The position numbers were made by a program, and so were the translations under genes. A DNA stretch of 64,000 nt from NCBI GenBank assembly GCA_963764715.1, contig CAVXTP010000015.1:32001-96000 (forward strand), given 5' to 3'. The notes under the pieces were generated by a model. That model made no database searches, was not told the origin of the DNA, and saw only the letters and a program-made list of their open reading frames with translations. This document shows, piece after piece, positions 48,626 through 58,400 of this stretch. Origin of the DNA: an uncultured Acidobacteriota bacterium. Its GTDB lineage: Bacteria > Acidobacteriota > Thermoanaerobaculia > UBA5066 > Gp7-AA6. Each line of letters opens with the position of its first letter. The stretch's first letter is position 1.

Positions 48626-49990
48626 ATGCCCGGATTCAACCGACAGGAGCTTCTGTCCTACGCCCGCGGCCGGCGCACCGAGTTCGAGGACGTCCTCAAG
48701 AAGATCGTCGAGATCCCCTCGGTCTCGGTCGAGCCGGAACGCAAGGGCGAGGTCCACCGCGCCGCCGAGTACGCGGTGTCGCTCCTCCAGTCGTTCGGGG
48801 CGAAGGCCCGCCTCTACGAGACGAAGGGCCACCCGATCGTCTACGGCCGCTTCGACCGCGGCCCGGACGCCCCGACCGTCACCGTCTACAACCATCTGGA
48901 CGTCCAGCCCGCCGAGGGGCCCGACTGGAACACGGCGCCGTTCTCGTTCATCCGCGAGGGCGACACGTATCGCGGCCGCGGCACGACCGACGACAAGGGG
49001 CCGGCGATGACCGCGCTCTTCGGCGCGCGGTACGCGTTCGAGCAGAAAGTCCCGGTGAACATCCACTTCCTCTGGGAGCTCGAGGAGGAGATCGGCAGCC
49101 CCAGCTTCGAGACCACGATCCGCGCCAACGCCAAGGAGTTCGCGACGGACTCCATCGTCGTCTGCGACACGGTCTGGGTCTCGCGCGCCCGGCCGGCCTG
49201 CCCGGCGGGCCTGCGCGGCCTCCAGGGATTCCGCTTCGAGCTCCAGACCGGCGAGACGGACCAGCACTCCGGCACGGCGGGCGGCGCGGCGCGCAATCCC
49301 GTGACCGAGCTCTGCCAGCTGATCGCCGAATGCGTCGACGGCAAGACCGGACGAGTCAAGATCCCCGGCTTCTACAAGGACGTCGCGCCTCCGACGAAGA
49401 AGGAGCTCGAGGACCTGAAGAAGTGCGGCTTCACCGTCAAGGACTTCAAGAAAGACCACCTCTTCCGCTCGCTCCGCGTCGACGACGCCATGGAGGTCAT
49501 GAAGCGGATCTGGATGATGCCGACCTTCGAGGTCCACGGCATCGCCGGCGGCTATCAGGGGCCCGGCGTCAAGACGATCATCCCGCCCAAGGCGACGGCG
49601 ATCATCTCCTGCCGTCTCGTGCCGAAGATGAGCGCGGCGAAGGTCGTCAAGCTCGTCAAGGCGTTCGTGAAGGACAGGAACCCCGACGTGAAGGTCTCGG
49701 CCGAGCACGAGCTGCCGCCCTACGAGGGCAAGACCACGGGGCCGTACGCCGACGCGATCCGCGGCGCGATGAAGTTCGCGTTCGGCAAGGAGCCGGTGTT
49801 CGTGCGCGAGGGCGGCTCGATCGGCGCGGTGCTCTCGATGGAAAAGGTCCTCAAGGCGCCGGTCTTCTTCCTCGGGCTCTCGCTTCCCGAGCACGGTTAC
49901 CACGCGCCCAACGAGAACTACGACTGGCCGCAGGCCGAGGGCGGCATCGCGGCGTTCGCGGACTACTTCCGGAGAGTCGCCGAGATGTAG
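48626..49990 (+). CDS. M20 family metallopeptidase (dipeptidase-like)
   Basis: YNHLDVQP, RGTTDDKG, EEEIGS, HSG, GGSIG, HAPNE. Confidence 0.9.
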   Translation: MPGFNRQELLSYARGRRTEFEDVLKKIVEIPSVSVEPERKGEVHRAAEYAVSLLQSFGAKARLYETKGHPIVYGRFDRGPDAPTVTVYNHLDVQPAEGPDWNTAPFSFIREGDTYRGRGTTDDKGPAMTALFGARYAFEQKVPVNIHFLWELEEEIGSPSFETTIRANAKEFATDSIVVCDTVWVSRARPACPAGLRGLQGFRFELQTGETDQHSGTAGGAARNPVTELCQLIAECVDGKTGRVKIPGFYKDVAPPTKKELEDLKKCGFTVKDFKKDHLFRSLRVDDAMEVMKRIWMMPTFEVHGIAGGYQGPGVKTIIPPKATAIISCRLVPKMSAAKVVKLVKAFVKDRNPDVKVSAEHELPPYEGKTTGPYADAIRGAMKFAFGKEPVFVREGGSIGAVLSMEKVLKAPVFFLGLSLPEHGYHAPNENYDWPQAEGGIAAFADYFRRVAEM

Positions 49991-50047
49991 GGGCGGGGCT
50001 CGTCCCCGCCCTCCCCAGAATCGGGCGGCCGCAAGGGCCGCCCCTAC
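49987..50047. repeat. GTAG-family REP pair
   Basis: GTAGGGGCGGGGCTCGTCCCCGCCC and GGGCGGCCGCAAGGGCCGCCCCTAC. Confidence 0.85.
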
Positions 50048-50060
50048 GACCGGGGGAGTG

Positions 50061-52328
50061 ATGAAACGCTTTCGGCTCCTTGCGGGCGTCCTTCTCGCCG
50101 CGGCCCCGCTCCTCGCCCAGACGCCCGCCGCGAAGCCCGCCGATCCCCTTTCCGCCCAGCTCGACCGGATCTTCAACCAGAAGGCCTACGAGGAAAAAAA
50201 GTTCGGCCCTTTCCAGTGGCTCGACCGCGGCAAGGCCTACGCGACGGTGGAGCCTTCGGCCGCGACCGCCGACGGAAAGGACATCGTCCGCTACGACGCC
50301 TCGACCGGAGCGCGCCGCGTCCTCGTCCCGGCCGCGAGTCTCGTCCCGGCGCCGGGGGGCAAGCCCCTCGCGATCGACGGCTATGACTGGTCGAAGGACG
50401 GAAAGAAGCTCCTCCTCTTCACCAACACGAAGAAAGTCTGGCGCCAGAAGACGCGCGGCGATTACTGGGTCCTCGACCTCGCGTCGGGACGGCTCCGCCA
50501 GGCCGGCGCCGACAAGCCCGCGTCGACACTCATGTTCGCGAAGCTCTCGCCGGACGGCGGGCGGGTCGCCTACGTGCAGGGCAACGACCTCTGGGTCGAG
50601 GACGTCGCCTCCGGCAAGGTCACCCGCCTGACCTCGGACGGCGGCCCGACGACGATCAACGGCACGGCCGACTGGGTCTACGAAGAGGAGTTCGGCATTC
50701 GCGACGGCTTCCGCTGGAGCCCGGACGGCCAGGACATCGCGTTCTGGCACTTCGACGCGAGCGGCATCGGCGACTTCCAGCTCATCAACGACACGGACAC
50801 GCTCTACCCGGTCGTGACCCACATCCCGTACCCGAAGGTCGGCACGACGAACTCGGCGGTGAAGGTCGGGATCGTCTCCGCCGCCGGCGGGACCCCGCGC
50901 TGGGTCGATCTGCCGGGCGATCCGCGCAACATGTACGTCGCGCGCATGGAGTACGTCGATTTCTCCGGCGAGGTCGTGATCCAGCAGTTGAACCGCCTCC
51001 AGAACTCCAACGACGTCTGGCTGGTGACGCCGGCGACCGGCAAGGCCCGGAAGATGCTCCACGACGAGGACCGGGCCTGGGTCGACGTCGTCGAGTCGTG
51101 GCAATGGCTTCCCGCCCGGGAGCTGCTGTGGATCAGCGAGAAGCACGGCTGGCGCCACGCCTACGCCGCGCCCCGCGACGGGACGGACTGGCGCCTGCTG
51201 ACCCCCGGGGACTTCGACATCGAGTCGGTCGAGGGGATCGACGACCGCAACGAGTTCCTCTACTTCATCGCGTCCCCCACGGACGCCACGCGGCGGTACC
51301 TGTACCGCGCCCGGATCGACGGGCGCGGCACGCCGGAACGCGTGACCCCCGCGGGCCAGACCGGAATTCACGCCTACAAGATCTCGCCCGACGGGAAGTA
51401 CGCCGTCCACACCTTCTCGACGATCGACCGGCCCCCGGTGACCGATCTCGTCCAGCTCCCCTCCCACCGGACGGTCCGCGTCCTCGAGGACAACAAGGCG
51501 CTCGCCGCGGCGGTCGCGCCGCTCATGACGCCCGCGACCGAGTTCTTCCAGGTCGACATCGGCGGAGGCGTCAAGCTCGACGGCTGGATGGTCAAGCCGA
51601 AGAGCTTCGACCCGTCGAAGAAGTACCCGCTCCTCATGTACGTCTACGGCGAGCCCGCCGGCGTCGAGGTCACCGACGACTGGGTCGGGGGCGCGAGTTA
51701 CCGGATGCTCTTTCACCGGGCGCTCGCCGACGCCGGCTACGTCGTCGCCTGCGTCGACAACCGGGGGACGCCCTCGCTCAAGGGTCGCGACTGGCGCAAG
51801 ATGATCTACGGCGAGATCGGCGTCCTGGCGACGCAGGACCAGACCGCGGCGGTCAAGGCGATGCTCGCCGGGCGTCCCTGGCTCGATCCCGAGCGGGTCG
51901 CGTCCTGGGGCTGGAGCGGGGGCGGCTCGATGACCCTGAACCTCCTCTTCCGCTCACCCGACGTCTACAGGGTCGGAATGTCCGTCGCGCCGGTCCCCGA
52001 CCAGACGCTCTACGACACCATCTACCAGGAACGGTACATGGGGCTGCCGAAGGACAACGCGGAGGGGTACCGGAAGGGCTCGCCCATCAACTTCGCCGAG
52101 GGCCTGAAAGGCAAGCTGCTTCTCGTCCACGGCTCCGGCGACGACAACGTCCACTACCAGGGCTCGGAGCGGCTCATCAACCGCCTGATCGTCCTCGGAA
52201 AGCCCTTCGACTTCATGGTCTACCCCAACCGCACCCACGCGATCGACGAGGGCGACGGCACGTCGTATCACCTGCATTCGCTCCTCGCGCGCTACCTCAG
52301 GGAGAACCTGAAGGCGGGGCCGAAATAG
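50061..52328 (+). CDS. S9B dipeptidyl peptidase IV family, secreted
   Basis: Signal peptide; DWVYEEE, GWSGGG, DDNVH, catalytic His in RTH. Confidence 0.92.
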   Translation: MKRFRLLAGVLLAAAPLLAQTPAAKPADPLSAQLDRIFNQKAYEEKKFGPFQWLDRGKAYATVEPSAATADGKDIVRYDASTGARRVLVPAASLVPAPGGKPLAIDGYDWSKDGKKLLLFTNTKKVWRQKTRGDYWVLDLASGRLRQAGADKPASTLMFAKLSPDGGRVAYVQGNDLWVEDVASGKVTRLTSDGGPTTINGTADWVYEEEFGIRDGFRWSPDGQDIAFWHFDASGIGDFQLINDTDTLYPVVTHIPYPKVGTTNSAVKVGIVSAAGGTPRWVDLPGDPRNMYVARMEYVDFSGEVVIQQLNRLQNSNDVWLVTPATGKARKMLHDEDRAWVDVVESWQWLPARELLWISEKHGWRHAYAAPRDGTDWRLLTPGDFDIESVEGIDDRNEFLYFIASPTDATRRYLYRARIDGRGTPERVTPAGQTGIHAYKISPDGKYAVHTFSTIDRPPVTDLVQLPSHRTVRVLEDNKALAAAVAPLMTPATEFFQVDIGGGVKLDGWMVKPKSFDPSKKYPLLMYVYGEPAGVEVTDDWVGGASYRMLFHRALADAGYVVACVDNRGTPSLKGRDWRKMIYGEIGVLATQDQTAAVKAMLAGRPWLDPERVASWGWSGGGSMTLNLLFRSPDVYRVGMSVAPVPDQTLYDTIYQERYMGLPKDNAEGYRKGSPINFAEGLKGKLLLVHGSGDDNVHYQGSERLINRLIVLGKPFDFMVYPNRTHAIDEGDGTSYHLHSLLARYLRENLKAGPK

Positions 52329-52341
52329 GGCGCTCCGGTTC

Positions 52342-53220
52342 GTAGGGGCGGGGCTTGTCCCCGCCCTCGCCTTCGCATCGGCGGACCGCGTTCACGACCT
52401 GCGCGAGTGGGCGGCCACGGTCCGACCACCGAAGGTCAGCCCACGGCAGTAGGAGGCGCCGTCCAGAGGACGGCGACAACCCAGGGCCGCCCCTACGACC
52501 GAGAAGGCGCGGCCTCGACCCGCCGCCCGAGGTTCGTAGGGGCGGGGCTTGTCCCCGCCCTCGCCTTCGCATCGGCGGACCGCGTTCACGACCTGCGCGA
52601 GTGGGCGGCCACAAGGGCCGCCCCTACGACCGAGAAGACGCGGCCACGACGCCGCCGCCCGAGGTTCGTAGGGGCGGGGCTTGTCCCCGCCCTCTTCCTC
52701 CCGTCGGCAGACCGCGTTCACGACCTGCTTGAGTGGGCGGCCACAAGGGCCGCCCCTACGACCGAGAAGGCGCGGCCTCGACGCCGCCGCCCGAGGTTCG
52801 TAGGGGCGGGGCTTGTCCCCGCCCTCTTCCTCCCGTCGGCAGACCGCGTTCACGACCTGCTTGAGTGGGCGGCCACAAGGGCCGCCCCTACGACCGAGAA
52901 GGCGCGGCCTCGACGCCGCCGCCCGAGGTTCGTAGGGGCGGGGCTTGTCCCCGCCCTCTTTCTCCCCCTCGGCAGACCGCGTTCACGACCTGCTTGAGTG
53001 GGCGGCCACGGTCCGACCACCGAAGGTCAGCCCACGGCAGTAGGAGGCGCCGTCCAGAGGACGGCGACAACCCAGGGCCGCCCCTACGACCGAGAAGGCG
53101 CGGCCTCGACGCCGCCGCCCGAGGTTCGTAGGGGCGGGCTTGTCCCTGCCCTCTTTCTCCCCCTCGGCAGACCGCGTTCACGACTTGCGCGAGTGGGCGG
53201 CCACAAGGGCCGCCCCTACG
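52342..53220. repeat. BIME-like tandem array of 6 REP-pair units (132-bp period; units 1 and 5 carry a 64-nt insert)
   Basis: GTAG starts at 52342, 52536, 52668, 52800, 52932, 53128; linkers near-identical. Confidence 0.92.
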
Positions 53221-53264
53221 ACCGGGAGGGGCGGCTACAACCCCGCCAGCCGGGTTGGGGCGAC

Positions 53265-54098
53265 TCAGCGCAGCACGGACTCCAGGACCGCCGACGCGTC
53301 GGTGCGCGCGTCGCGGTACTTGACGATCACGGGCGTCTGGAGCGAAAGGCCCCATTCCGCGCCCCGGCCCTCGCGGATCGCCCGCGCGCCGGGCACGACG
53401 ACGGCGCCGGCCGGGATCTCGAGCGGCGCGTCGCCGGTCCGGCGATAGATCTGCCCCTTCACGACGTCGTAGACCGGTGTCGAGCCCGTCAGGATCACGC
53501 CGGCGCCGATGATCGCGCCCGCGCGCACGATCGCGCCCTCGTAGATCCCGGAGTTGCCGCCGACGAGGACGTCGTCTTCGAGCACGACGGGCAGGGCGCC
53601 CACGGGCTCGAGGACGCCGCCGATCTGGACGCCCGCGGAAAGGTGCACGCGCTTTCCCACCTGCGCGCACGAGCCCACCAGGGCGTTCGAATCGATCATC
53701 GTCCCGGCGTCGACGTACGCGCCGACGTTCACATACGAGGGCGGCATGAGGATCACGCCCGGGCCCAGGTACACGCCCCGCCGCACGGACGTGCCTCCCG
53801 GGACGATGCGGACGCCGCTCGCCGCGGACAGCGTCTTCAGCGGAAACGTGTCCTTGTCGAGGAACCGCAGGGGCCCGGCCATCGGGAGCTCCGTCAGCGT
53901 GCCGATGCGAAAGCCGAGGAGGATGCCGCGCTTGACCCAGGGCCGCGCCACCCAGCGGCCGCCCTCGTGCTCGGCCGCGCGGACGCGGCCGTGGTCGAGC
54001 TCCGCGAGCAGGTCCGCAACCGCCCGCCGTGCCTCGTCCCCGGAGGCGCCGGGGTCGCCGAAGAGCGCGTCGATCCGCCGTTCGAGCGCGTCGCTCAA
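53265..54098 (-). CDS. dapD: Tetrahydrodipicolinate N-succinyltransferase
   Basis: [41 protein letters not shown]; TTG overlaps the upstream stop. Confidence 0.92.
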   Translation of the reverse strand: MSDALERRIDALFGDPGASGDEARRAVADLLAELDHGRVRAAEHEGGRWVARPWVKRGILLGFRIGTLTELPMAGPLRFLDKDTFPLKTLSAASGVRIVPGGTSVRRGVYLGPGVILMPPSYVNVGAYVDAGTMIDSNALVGSCAQVGKRVHLSAGVQIGGVLEPVGALPVVLEDDVLVGGNSGIYEGAIVRAGAIIGAGVILTGSTPVYDVVKGQIYRRTGDAPLEIPAGAVVVPGARAIREGRGAEWGLSLQTPVIVKYRDARTDASAVLESVLR

Positions 54099-55018
54099 CG
54101 GCTTCCGGCCCCCCTCTTGGTCAGGAGCCGGTAGCTCCCGAGCATCCGCTCGATCTTGCGGCGGGTGTCGTCCCGCACCGGGACGAGCGGGAGTCGCAGC
54201 GTCTCGCCGCACTTCTTCATGAGGGAGAGCGCGCACTTGACCGGGCCGGGATTGGATTCCCAGTAGTTCATCTCCATCAGCGGCTCGTACTTGCGCTGGA
54301 GCTCGAGCGCCCGCTCGCGGTTGTTGTCGAGGGCGGCGCGGACGAGCTCCCCCATCTCCTTCGGGATCTCGTTGGCGACCACCGACACCACGCCGCGCGC
54401 GCCGAGAGCGATCAACGCGAGCGCCGTCGCGTCGGTGCCGGAGAAGACCGCGAAATCGGGAGGCAGCGTCGCCATCAGCTTGGCGAGCTTGCTGAAGTCG
54501 GAGGAGGACTCCTGGAGCCCGGCGACGTTGGGGATCTCGGCGAGCCTCAGGATGGTCTCAACGTCGAGGTCGAGTCCCGACCGGGACGGCGTGTTGTAGA
54601 TGATCATCGGCAGGTCGGTCGCGTCGGCGATCGCCGAGAAGTGCCGGAGGAGGCCCTCCGGGCTCGGCTGGTTGTACATCGGCGTCACCGACACGATGCC
54701 GTCGGCCTTGGCCGCGGCGGCGTCGCGAGCCCAGAAGACCGCGCGGGCCGTGTGGTTGCCGCCGGCGCCCGCGATCACGGGGACGCGGCCGTTCGACGCG
54801 CGCACGACCGCGGCCGTGACGGCCTTGCGGTCGTCGCGCGAAAGCGTGGGCGATTCCCCCGTCGTCCCGCACGGGACGAGGAAGTCGACGCCCTGGCCGA
54901 TCTGCCAGTCGGCCAGCTGCTCGAGAGGGCCGAACGCGATGCGGCCCTTGTCGTCGAACGGGGTGACGAGGGCCGTGCCGCAGCCTCTCCAGTCCACGCG
55001 CTTACCGCTCGTCTTCAC
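54095..55018 (-). CDS. dapA: DapA (4-hydroxy-tetrahydrodipicolinate synthase) homologue with Schiff-base Lys replaced by Gln
   Basis: [28 protein letters not shown] present; AGLQES instead of GIKE. Confidence 0.8.
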   Translation of the reverse strand: MKTSGKRVDWRGCGTALVTPFDDKGRIAFGPLEQLADWQIGQGVDFLVPCGTTGESPTLSRDDRKAVTAAVVRASNGRVPVIAGAGGNHTARAVFWARDAAAAKADGIVSVTPMYNQPSPEGLLRHFSAIADATDLPMIIYNTPSRSGLDLDVETILRLAEIPNVAGLQESSSDFSKLAKLMATLPPDFAVFSGTDATALALIALGARGVVSVVANEIPKEMGELVRAALDNNRERALELQRKYEPLMEMNYWESNPGPVKCALSLMKKCGETLRLPLVPVRDDTRRKIERMLGSYRLLTKRGAGSR

Positions 55019-55095
55019 GAAGCCTCCTTCATTGCGGCGGATCCGGGGGAGCCAACCGTATAATCGTTTCGCATCCGGGATCGAGAAAAAAGTCC

Positions 55096-55494
55096 GTGAC
55101 CAACGCCGCCGGCCCCCGCTGTCCGCGCTGCCACCGGCCCCTGGCCGCCTGGCGGCTGAATCACTGCGTGTACTGCGGGGAGGCGTTCCCGGCGGACCTG
55201 AAGGACGGCCACACGGAGCCCGAGGCCCTCAAGTGGGTCGAGCGGCCGGGCCTGCCGGCCGACGTCTCGAAGAAGCTCGAGTTGATGAAGTACGTCCCGA
55301 CCGAGGGACGGCGGAAGGGGAACCGCTTCGTCGCGGCCGCGGCGCTCGTCTCGATCCCGATCTTCGCGGTGATCTTCTTCCTGACGTACCGCATGCTCTA
55401 CCGGTTCTCCCCCGTCGCCAGCCTCGCGGCCATGCTGGCGGGCGTCGGCGTGATCACCTACCTCGGCTGGATCTTCTACAAGACCCGAGGCTAG
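55096..55494 (+). CDS. Zinc-ribbon protein with two C-terminal TM helices
   Basis: CPRC..CVYCG; hydrophobic C-terminus; TATAAT upstream. Confidence 0.6.
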   Translation: MTNAAGPRCPRCHRPLAAWRLNHCVYCGEAFPADLKDGHTEPEALKWVERPGLPADVSKKLELMKYVPTEGRRKGNRFVAAAALVSIPIFAVIFFLTYRMLYRFSPVASLAAMLAGVGVITYLGWIFYKTRG

Positions 55495-55585
55495 GAGTCA
55501 GTCTTCACCGTTTTTCGGATTTCGGTCGAGCAGCGACTGCAAGTCCCACGGCTCGCGAAATCCGAAAAATGAAGACCTGACCCCC
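55495..55585. repeat. GGGGTCAG-terminal inverted-repeat element between convergent genes
   Basis: Right arm 55556-55585 is the exact 30-bp reverse complement of 60188-60217. Confidence 0.8.
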
Positions 55586-55590
55586 TTTTT

Positions 55591-56505
55591 CTAGTCGAAC
55601 AGTCCCTTCGGCGGCCCGGAATCGCGGATCGGGATTCCGAGCTCCCGGGCGAGGGCGCGGATCGTGAGGGGCGCGCAGCCCTCGGCGCGGTTGTTGACCA
55701 GGACGAAGGCGTCTGCTCCGCCCTCGGTGATGTGCCGGACGAGGCGCACCAGGTCGCGGCGCATGTCCTCGCGCGGCGCGAGGATCCGGTCGTACGGCCG
55801 GAAGCGCTCGACGGCCTGCTCGTACGGCACGCCCGGGGGAACGAGGATCCGCGTCACCGAGAAGTCGGCCGGCAGAGGCTGCGCGGCCTCCCACTGCTCG
55901 GAGAGCGGCGGGGTGCGCGTCCACCAGTTGAAGACGTGCGCGGCGCCGCGGCGCCGGAGCACGTCGAAGTAGTCGGGCTGGAAATACTCCGGCGTGCGGA
56001 TCTCGACGGCCCAGCGCAGCCCCGCGGGCGACTCCTGCAGGAAACCGTCGAGCTTCTCGAGAAAGGCGCGCCGGCGCTCCGGCGAGGGCTGCCACTCCGT
56101 CGGAAACTCCAGGATGAAAGGCCCCGTGTGACCGCCGAACGCCGAGCGGTACGGCGGCAGCACCTCGTCGCGGAAGACGCGCGGATCGAGCCAGCGCGGG
56201 TTGTCCTGTCCTCCCCGGCCGGCGTGGCGCGGCAGGTCCGGGAAGCGCGGCATCGTGAGCTCCTCCCAGACCTTGGAGAGGACCGGGAAGCCGGGAGGCA
56301 GCGCCGCCGCGTAGCGCGCGAGCTGACGCTCGGTCGGCGGCCGGTAGAAGGTGAAGTCGAACTCGACGGTCCGGAACGGCTCGTAGCGGGCGTACTCGCG
56401 CAGGCAGTCGACCTTGAACGTCGCCTGCCGGTAGCGGTCGTGGTAGACGATGCCCTTCCAGCCTTCGTAGGCGAAGCTCGCCGTGCCGAAGAGGATCTCC
56501 GCCAC
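55591..56505 (-). CDS. DUF72 family protein
   Basis: GTASFAYEGW, TVEFDFTFY, AVEIR, NNRAEGCAP. Confidence 0.88.
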   Translation of the reverse strand: MAEILFGTASFAYEGWKGIVYHDRYRQATFKVDCLREYARYEPFRTVEFDFTFYRPPTERQLARYAAALPPGFPVLSKVWEELTMPRFPDLPRHAGRGGQDNPRWLDPRVFRDEVLPPYRSAFGGHTGPFILEFPTEWQPSPERRRAFLEKLDGFLQESPAGLRWAVEIRTPEYFQPDYFDVLRRRGAAHVFNWWTRTPPLSEQWEAAQPLPADFSVTRILVPPGVPYEQAVERFRPYDRILAPREDMRRDLVRLVRHITEGGADAFVLVNNRAEGCAPLTIRALARELGIPIRDSGPPKGLFD

Positions 56506-56537
56506 GCCCGGCAGTATCTCCCACGTAGAATCGGCCC

Positions 56538-57017
56538 GTGATCCCGCTGCGCGGCCCGGCCGAGATCGCGTCGAAGCTGGAGGTCGCCGCGGCCGAGCGA
56601 CTCCTCCTCGTCGACGCCCCTCCCGAGTTCGAGCGGCTGCTCGAGGCCGCCGCCGCGTCTCCCGGCCAGGCCGTGCGGACGGCGGAGGCGCGCGCCATCC
56701 GGTCCGTCAAGGACTCCTTCGACTGGATCCTGCTCTGGCAGGAAAGCCGCGTCGGCTCGCGCGCGCTCTTCGAGCACGCCGTCAAACGGCTCGAGCCGAA
56801 GGGCCGGCTCTGGGTCGTCACCGCGATGAAGAAGGTCCAGGGACCGAAGACTCCGGCCGGGGAACGGCTCGAAGCCGACGACCTGCGGAAGGGCTTCGCG
56901 AAGGAGGGCCTGAGCTGCGACCGCGAGGCCCGGCTATCGGCCTGGCACGTGGGTTACCGCTTCACGCGCGGCGACGGCGGGGAGCCTACTCGACGTACGG
57001 GAAGAACCGGCCGGTGA
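56538..57017 (+). CDS. DUF3052-like hypothetical protein
   Basis: IASKL..LEPKGRLWV..DDLR..GL pattern. Confidence 0.5.
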   Translation: MIPLRGPAEIASKLEVAAAERLLLVDAPPEFERLLEAAAASPGQAVRTAEARAIRSVKDSFDWILLWQESRVGSRALFEHAVKRLEPKGRLWVVTAMKKVQGPKTPAGERLEADDLRKGFAKEGLSCDREARLSAWHVGYRFTRGDGGEPTRRTGRTGR

Positions 57018-57303
57018 CGCGGAAGAACCGGCCGCTCGGGGGCTCGACGGTCAGCTGGCAGCGCGAGACCTCGAGCGTCGTCGAGAACGAGACCCCGGGG
57101 GCCGTGAGGCTGACGGGGTACTTCGTCCCCACCTTGAGGGGCGCGTCGAAGTCGAAGCGGACCCCGGTCGGAGACACGTCGAGCACCTGACGTGCCTTCT
57201 CCCACCGGATCTTCAGCTCGTACTGCTCCGGCTTGAGTCTCTTGCCGGCTCGGGAGTCCTCGATCGGACCCCTGACCGGCGGATCGGTCTTTCGCTCTGC
57301 CAT
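56986..57303 (-). CDS. Stand-alone PilZ domain protein
   Basis: RAGKR (RxxxR) and DVSPTG (DxSxxG) motifs. Confidence 0.7.
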   Translation of the reverse strand: MAERKTDPPVRGPIEDSRAGKRLKPEQYELKIRWEKARQVLDVSPTGVRFDFDAPLKVGTKYPVSLTAPGVSFSTTLEVSRCQLTVEPPSGRFFRVTGRFFPYVE

Positions 57304-57422
57304 TGTGCTCCGGGGAAACTAGCCTACTCCCGTTTCCCTACGCTTCAAAAAGCGCGCCACGGGCCGGCTGCGGCCCGCGTCCCCTGCGGGGGCCGGGCAG
57401 TCTACACCAGCCCGGCGGCCGC

Positions 57423-58400
57423 TCAGGCGAGGACGTCGCGCCGGGCGAAAACGAGGAAAGCCGCCGCGACGGCGCCGGCCGCCCAGGCCCCCAGGACGGC
57501 CGCCGCAAAGGCCACGCTCAGGCCCGGGATCGGCGGCGGCGACCCCGAGTAGTAGTCGGGCAGCGGCAGGTTGGTCACGAAAAGGTACTTCTGCGCCTCC
57601 CAGGAGGAGGCCAGGCGCGGAAGGATCGTGCCCGCGATCAGCGCCGCCAGCATCGTGCCCATGGACGCGGCCGTCGACCGCAGCAGCACCGAGGTCAGCA
57701 GGGCGATCGCGCCCACGCAGAGCATCGCGAACCAGGCGAGCCCGTAGACGAGGATCGTCTCCTTCCAGAGGGCGACCGACCGGACCGTCGAAGCGTCGAA
57801 GGTCTCGCCGCCGACGCGGAAGCCCGTCAGGATGGGCGCCCCCCAGCCCGAGTATCCGTAGGCGAAGCCGCCGAAGACGTAGGCCACGATCCCGCCGAAG
57901 ACCACCGTCAGGGTGATCGCCAGGAAGAGGGCCGCGAGCTTGGAGGCGAGGACCCGCGATCGTCCGACCGGCCGCGTGAGCAGCAGCTTGATCGTGCCCT
58001 GCTGAAACTCCGCCGACACGATGTCCGACGCGAACACGATCGCGAGAAGCGGCAGCAGCAGGTAGCTCGAGGCGTTCGCGAAGGCGCGCGCGAAGAGAGG
58101 GCCCGAGATCGCGTCCGGGTCGACGTTGCGGTCGACGTGGTACTGCAGCCGGCCGAGCTCGAACCGCGCCCAGCGCCGCCAGGTCGGCGGCGTGCGCGAG
58201 TCGCGGAGCCTTCCCTGCAGCCACGACATCCGCTCCTGCGCCTCGACCCTCCAGTCCTTCTCGTGGAACCTCTCCCGCGCGCGGGACTGCGCGAAGACGA
58301 TCAGCCCGATGAGCGCGACGAGGATCAGGACGACGACGCGGAAGCGCCGCTGGCGGGCGATCTTGAGCAGCTCGTTCTCGACGAGCCCGGGAAATCTCAT
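57423..58400 (-). CDS. ABC-2 type transporter permease
   Basis: NELLK, VSAEFQQGTIKLLLTRPVGR, multiple TM helices. Confidence 0.9.
   Translation of the reverse strand: MRFPGLVENELLKIARQRRFRVVVLILVALIGLIVFAQSRARERFHEKDWRVEAQERMSWLQGRLRDSRTPPTWRRWARFELGRLQYHVDRNVDPDAISGPLFARAFANASSYLLLPLLAIVFASDIVSAEFQQGTIKLLLTRPVGRSRVLASKLAALFLAITLTVVFGGIVAYVFGGFAYGYSGWGAPILTGFRVGGETFDASTVRSVALWKETILVYGLAWFAMLCVGAIALLTSVLLRSTAASMGTMLAALIAGTILPRLASSWEAQKYLFVTNLPLPDYYSGSPPPIPGLSVAFAAAVLGAWAAGAVAAAFLVFARRDVLA

Noticed and set aside
52342-53220. CRISPR array
   Set aside because: The sequences between repeats are near-identical rather than unique spacers, the repeats are GTAG REP hairpins also found singly elsewhere, and there are no cas genes.
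52297-53448. Repeat-protein ORFs across the array (e.g. 52407-52997)
   Set aside because: Open frames follow from the 132-bp period and high GC; they occur on both strands without an RBS.
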